Positions 62,114 to 64,000 of a DNA stretch of 64,000 nt are shown here, piece by piece (position 1 is the first letter of the stretch; each line of letters starts with the position of its first letter). Under the pieces are notes generated by a model. The model was not told the DNA's origin. It ran no database searches and worked only from the letters and a program-made list of their open reading frames with translations. Source of the stretch: an uncultured Leptolinea sp. (GTDB lineage Bacteria > Chloroflexota > Anaerolineae > Anaerolineales > Anaerolineaceae); NCBI GenBank assembly GCA_964387025.1, contig CAYLUZ010000003.1, positions 261,828 to 325,827 of the forward strand, given 5' to 3'. Made by a program: the position numbers and the translations under genes.

Positions 62114-63733
62114 CTACTTCGGATCAACCCACCGATTAAAAAGCATGGTCAAGTCGCAGGAACATGCTTTTTCTGCTGTCTCCTTCATTGTCTTTTCAGT
62201 GGCAATTTCCCATATATTTTGTTCATAATATTTTTTCAAAAATAACGCAAAGTCGGTATCACCTATTTGATCCCTCAAAGTAATAAAGAATATCGGACCA
62301 CGTCCATAAACGATCGCACCGTAGGTTTTTTGGTCATAACTCTTTACGGGCAAACCAATTGGGATTTCCTTTTTGTCCACCCTGTCCCAACGATCGTAAA
62401 ATGAATTAATAAAACTATCTGAAGCTTGATCACCATATCGATCTTTATAATATAAGCTGGTGATGTATTGCGTGATCGATTCATCCAACCAGGGTTGATT
62501 AACCTGATCATTGCCTACAACATTGTAAAACCACTGATGACCGACTTCATGGGCGACAGTAGATTCAAGGTAGATACTGTTTGGGATATTATTCAAATTT
62601 CCACCGGGTCTATAAATATTCTTATTGATTACTGTGACTCCGGGATATTCCACTCCCAATGCTGACGTTGAAGTAGCCAGGATATCAAATTCTTTATATG
62701 GATAATAACCAATAATTTTGTCAAAAATCCTAATTGCAGCAGAGGCTGTATCCAAAGCACTTTTATTGCCATCCATTAAATCACTGCTCGAATAGCTGTT
62801 GACCAAAGTTTCCCCAACTTTCATGCTGGTCTTCTCCAGACCTGCCCCAGCAGCAAGGAAAAAATCACGCATCGGACCACCAGCTAATGTAACCACCTGG
62901 CGGTTTCCTTTAGTCGTTTCCTCCATTATTGAACCAGAGCCCACGAGGATCGCTGTTTGTGGCAAGATCACTTTCACCAGATATAAACTAGCATCAGAGT
63001 AAACAACATCCCCATAAGTTGGAGGGATCTCATCGTGCCACCCATCCTGGTCGTAAACTGCTATGATCGGGTAAAAGTGGGCTAATGTCAGCAGATTATC
63101 TACATATCCTAATACCTGATAATTGCTACTCGGGTCATCAGGCATCTTAATCTGAAGTTCAATTGAGAGAACAATACTTTTCCCAATCCCCAAGTCATTT
63201 TTTAAAGGAAATTCGATCACACTATCATATGATCTTATCAATGGATGGATGTCTGCTCCATTCATTAGAAATTTTGAATACTGGACCTGCGCGCCAAAAA
63301 GCACAGGATACATTCTTAATATGACCTTGTCCAGGTCCCGATCTTCATGATTTGTATACAATACTTCTTCCTTCAAAGTCATGGTTCGATAATCATCAGC
63401 AATATCAACCACTAGATGATAAACACTCCGGTCGAATCGTTCTTTAAGGGTGGTTCTGGAAGGTTTAACAAGACTGATCTCATAAGGGGTCCTATCCTGC
63501 CATGAGGAACTAAATAAATTTGGTGATGGAATATCATCAAGCAATGCATCCGAAACGATTAGAGGGGTGGAATTACGCTCAGAGCTTGGATCCATCATAG
63601 ATTCCGGAAGTGAGCTATTCTGTGCTGGTGATGGGGTTTCACCCTGTTTTATGATTTGGCATCCAGAAAGCAGCATAATCATTAATATAATCATGATCAA
63701 ACATCTCGGGGTCTTCACTGGATTAAAGTTCAT
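62114..63733 (-). CDS. M1 family metallopeptidase (aminopeptidase N-like) lipoprotein
   Basis: Zinc motif 'HEVGHQWF' with 'WLDESITQY' 18 residues later (HExxH-x18-E). Lipobox 'LLSGC'. Confidence 0.85.
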   Translation of the reverse strand: MNFNPVKTPRCLIMIILMIMLLSGCQIIKQGETPSPAQNSSLPESMMDPSSERNSTPLIVSDALLDDIPSPNLFSSSWQDRTPYEISLVKPSRTTLKERFDRSVYHLVVDIADDYRTMTLKEEVLYTNHEDRDLDKVILRMYPVLFGAQVQYSKFLMNGADIHPLIRSYDSVIEFPLKNDLGIGKSIVLSIELQIKMPDDPSSNYQVLGYVDNLLTLAHFYPIIAVYDQDGWHDEIPPTYGDVVYSDASLYLVKVILPQTAILVGSGSIMEETTKGNRQVVTLAGGPMRDFFLAAGAGLEKTSMKVGETLVNSYSSSDLMDGNKSALDTASAAIRIFDKIIGYYPYKEFDILATSTSALGVEYPGVTVINKNIYRPGGNLNNIPNSIYLESTVAHEVGHQWFYNVVGNDQVNQPWLDESITQYITSLYYKDRYGDQASDSFINSFYDRWDRVDKKEIPIGLPVKSYDQKTYGAIVYGRGPIFFITLRDQIGDTDFALFLKKYYEQNIWEIATEKTMKETAEKACSCDLTMLFNRWVDPK

Positions 63734-63841
63734 AATAATCTCTCCATTAATTCGTGTTGATTCAACACCACCTGATTAATATTATACTTGTTCGGATTTT
63801 CTTCATAAAACAACATGGGATATAATTAACAGCATAAACAT

Positions 63842-64000
63842 ATGAATTACCCATTCCGATTGCCTCCCTTTCGATCTGTCCTCCCATTTTCTTTTATTAT
63901 TGGATTTATCGGCTGGGCAGGTCTGGCTTTGGTAGTGATCACCTCATTACCCACGCTTGGTCCACGCTGGCTATTTTTTTTCTTCGTTGTATTGGCACTC
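63842..64000 (+). CDS. Partial ORF for a membrane protein, running off the window
   Basis: ATG at 63842 is open to the end of the window (53 codons). Hydrophobic 'FIIGFIGWAGLALVVITSL' and 'WLFFFFVVLAL'. Confidence 0.3.
   Translation, partial: MNYPFRLPPFRSVLPFSFIIGFIGWAGLALVVITSLPTLGPRWLFFFFVVLAL

Overview
Moderately AT-rich bacterial chromosomal segment. About 38 kb of it (7.4-45.2 kb) is a flagellar regulon of the monoderm type: no flgH, flgI or flgA (L/P-ring) genes are present. Block A, + strand: flbD-motAB-fliLMNOPQ-[HDOD protein + stand-alone receiver]-fliR-flhBAF-[small 2-TM protein]-fliA-[130-aa unknown]-two distal rod genes-flgMN-flgKL-csrA. Block B, - strand, read from 45 kb down to 26 kb: two tandem flagellin genes, fliD-flaG-fliS, flgC-fliE-fliFGHIJ-[SLT lytic transglycosylase]-flgB-fliK-flgD-[TIGR02530-like]-flgE-[FliK-like]-[FlhB C-terminal-domain paralogue]-[PilZ]. 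Left flank: methyltransferase, MBL hydrolase, MFS transporter, M24 peptidase, and a cytoplasmic GAF/PAS histidine kinase with an OmpR-type regulator. Right flank: a decayed Ras/Rab-like GTPase pseudogene in an ORF-free gap, a degenerate PAS-GGDEF protein, a secreted VIT-vWA protein, exonuclease-DinG, housekeeping and membrane proteins, fhs, two sortase-fold paralogues (the second behind tandem c-di-GMP-I riboswitches) and an M1 metallopeptidase. The most notable observations are: (1) several c-di-GMP-linked elements surround the flagellar genes, namely a PilZ gene translationally coupled to a FliK-like/FlhBc-like pair, an HDOD+REC pair splitting fliPQ from fliR, a GSHEF GGDEF protein with an intact RxxD site, and tandem GEMM-I riboswitches; (2) a ~65-aa module is shared by FlgK, FliD and, more distantly, both flagellins; (3) both flagellin genes carry ~200-nt conserved leaders with CsrA-type GGA sites, a wobble-compensated hairpin and a preserved 14-codon uORF, while csrA has a long C-terminal tail and no fliW is present in the window; (4) flhG is absent next to flhF. 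All calls rest on motif reading of the supplied translations and DNA. No database search, HMM or covariance model could be run.
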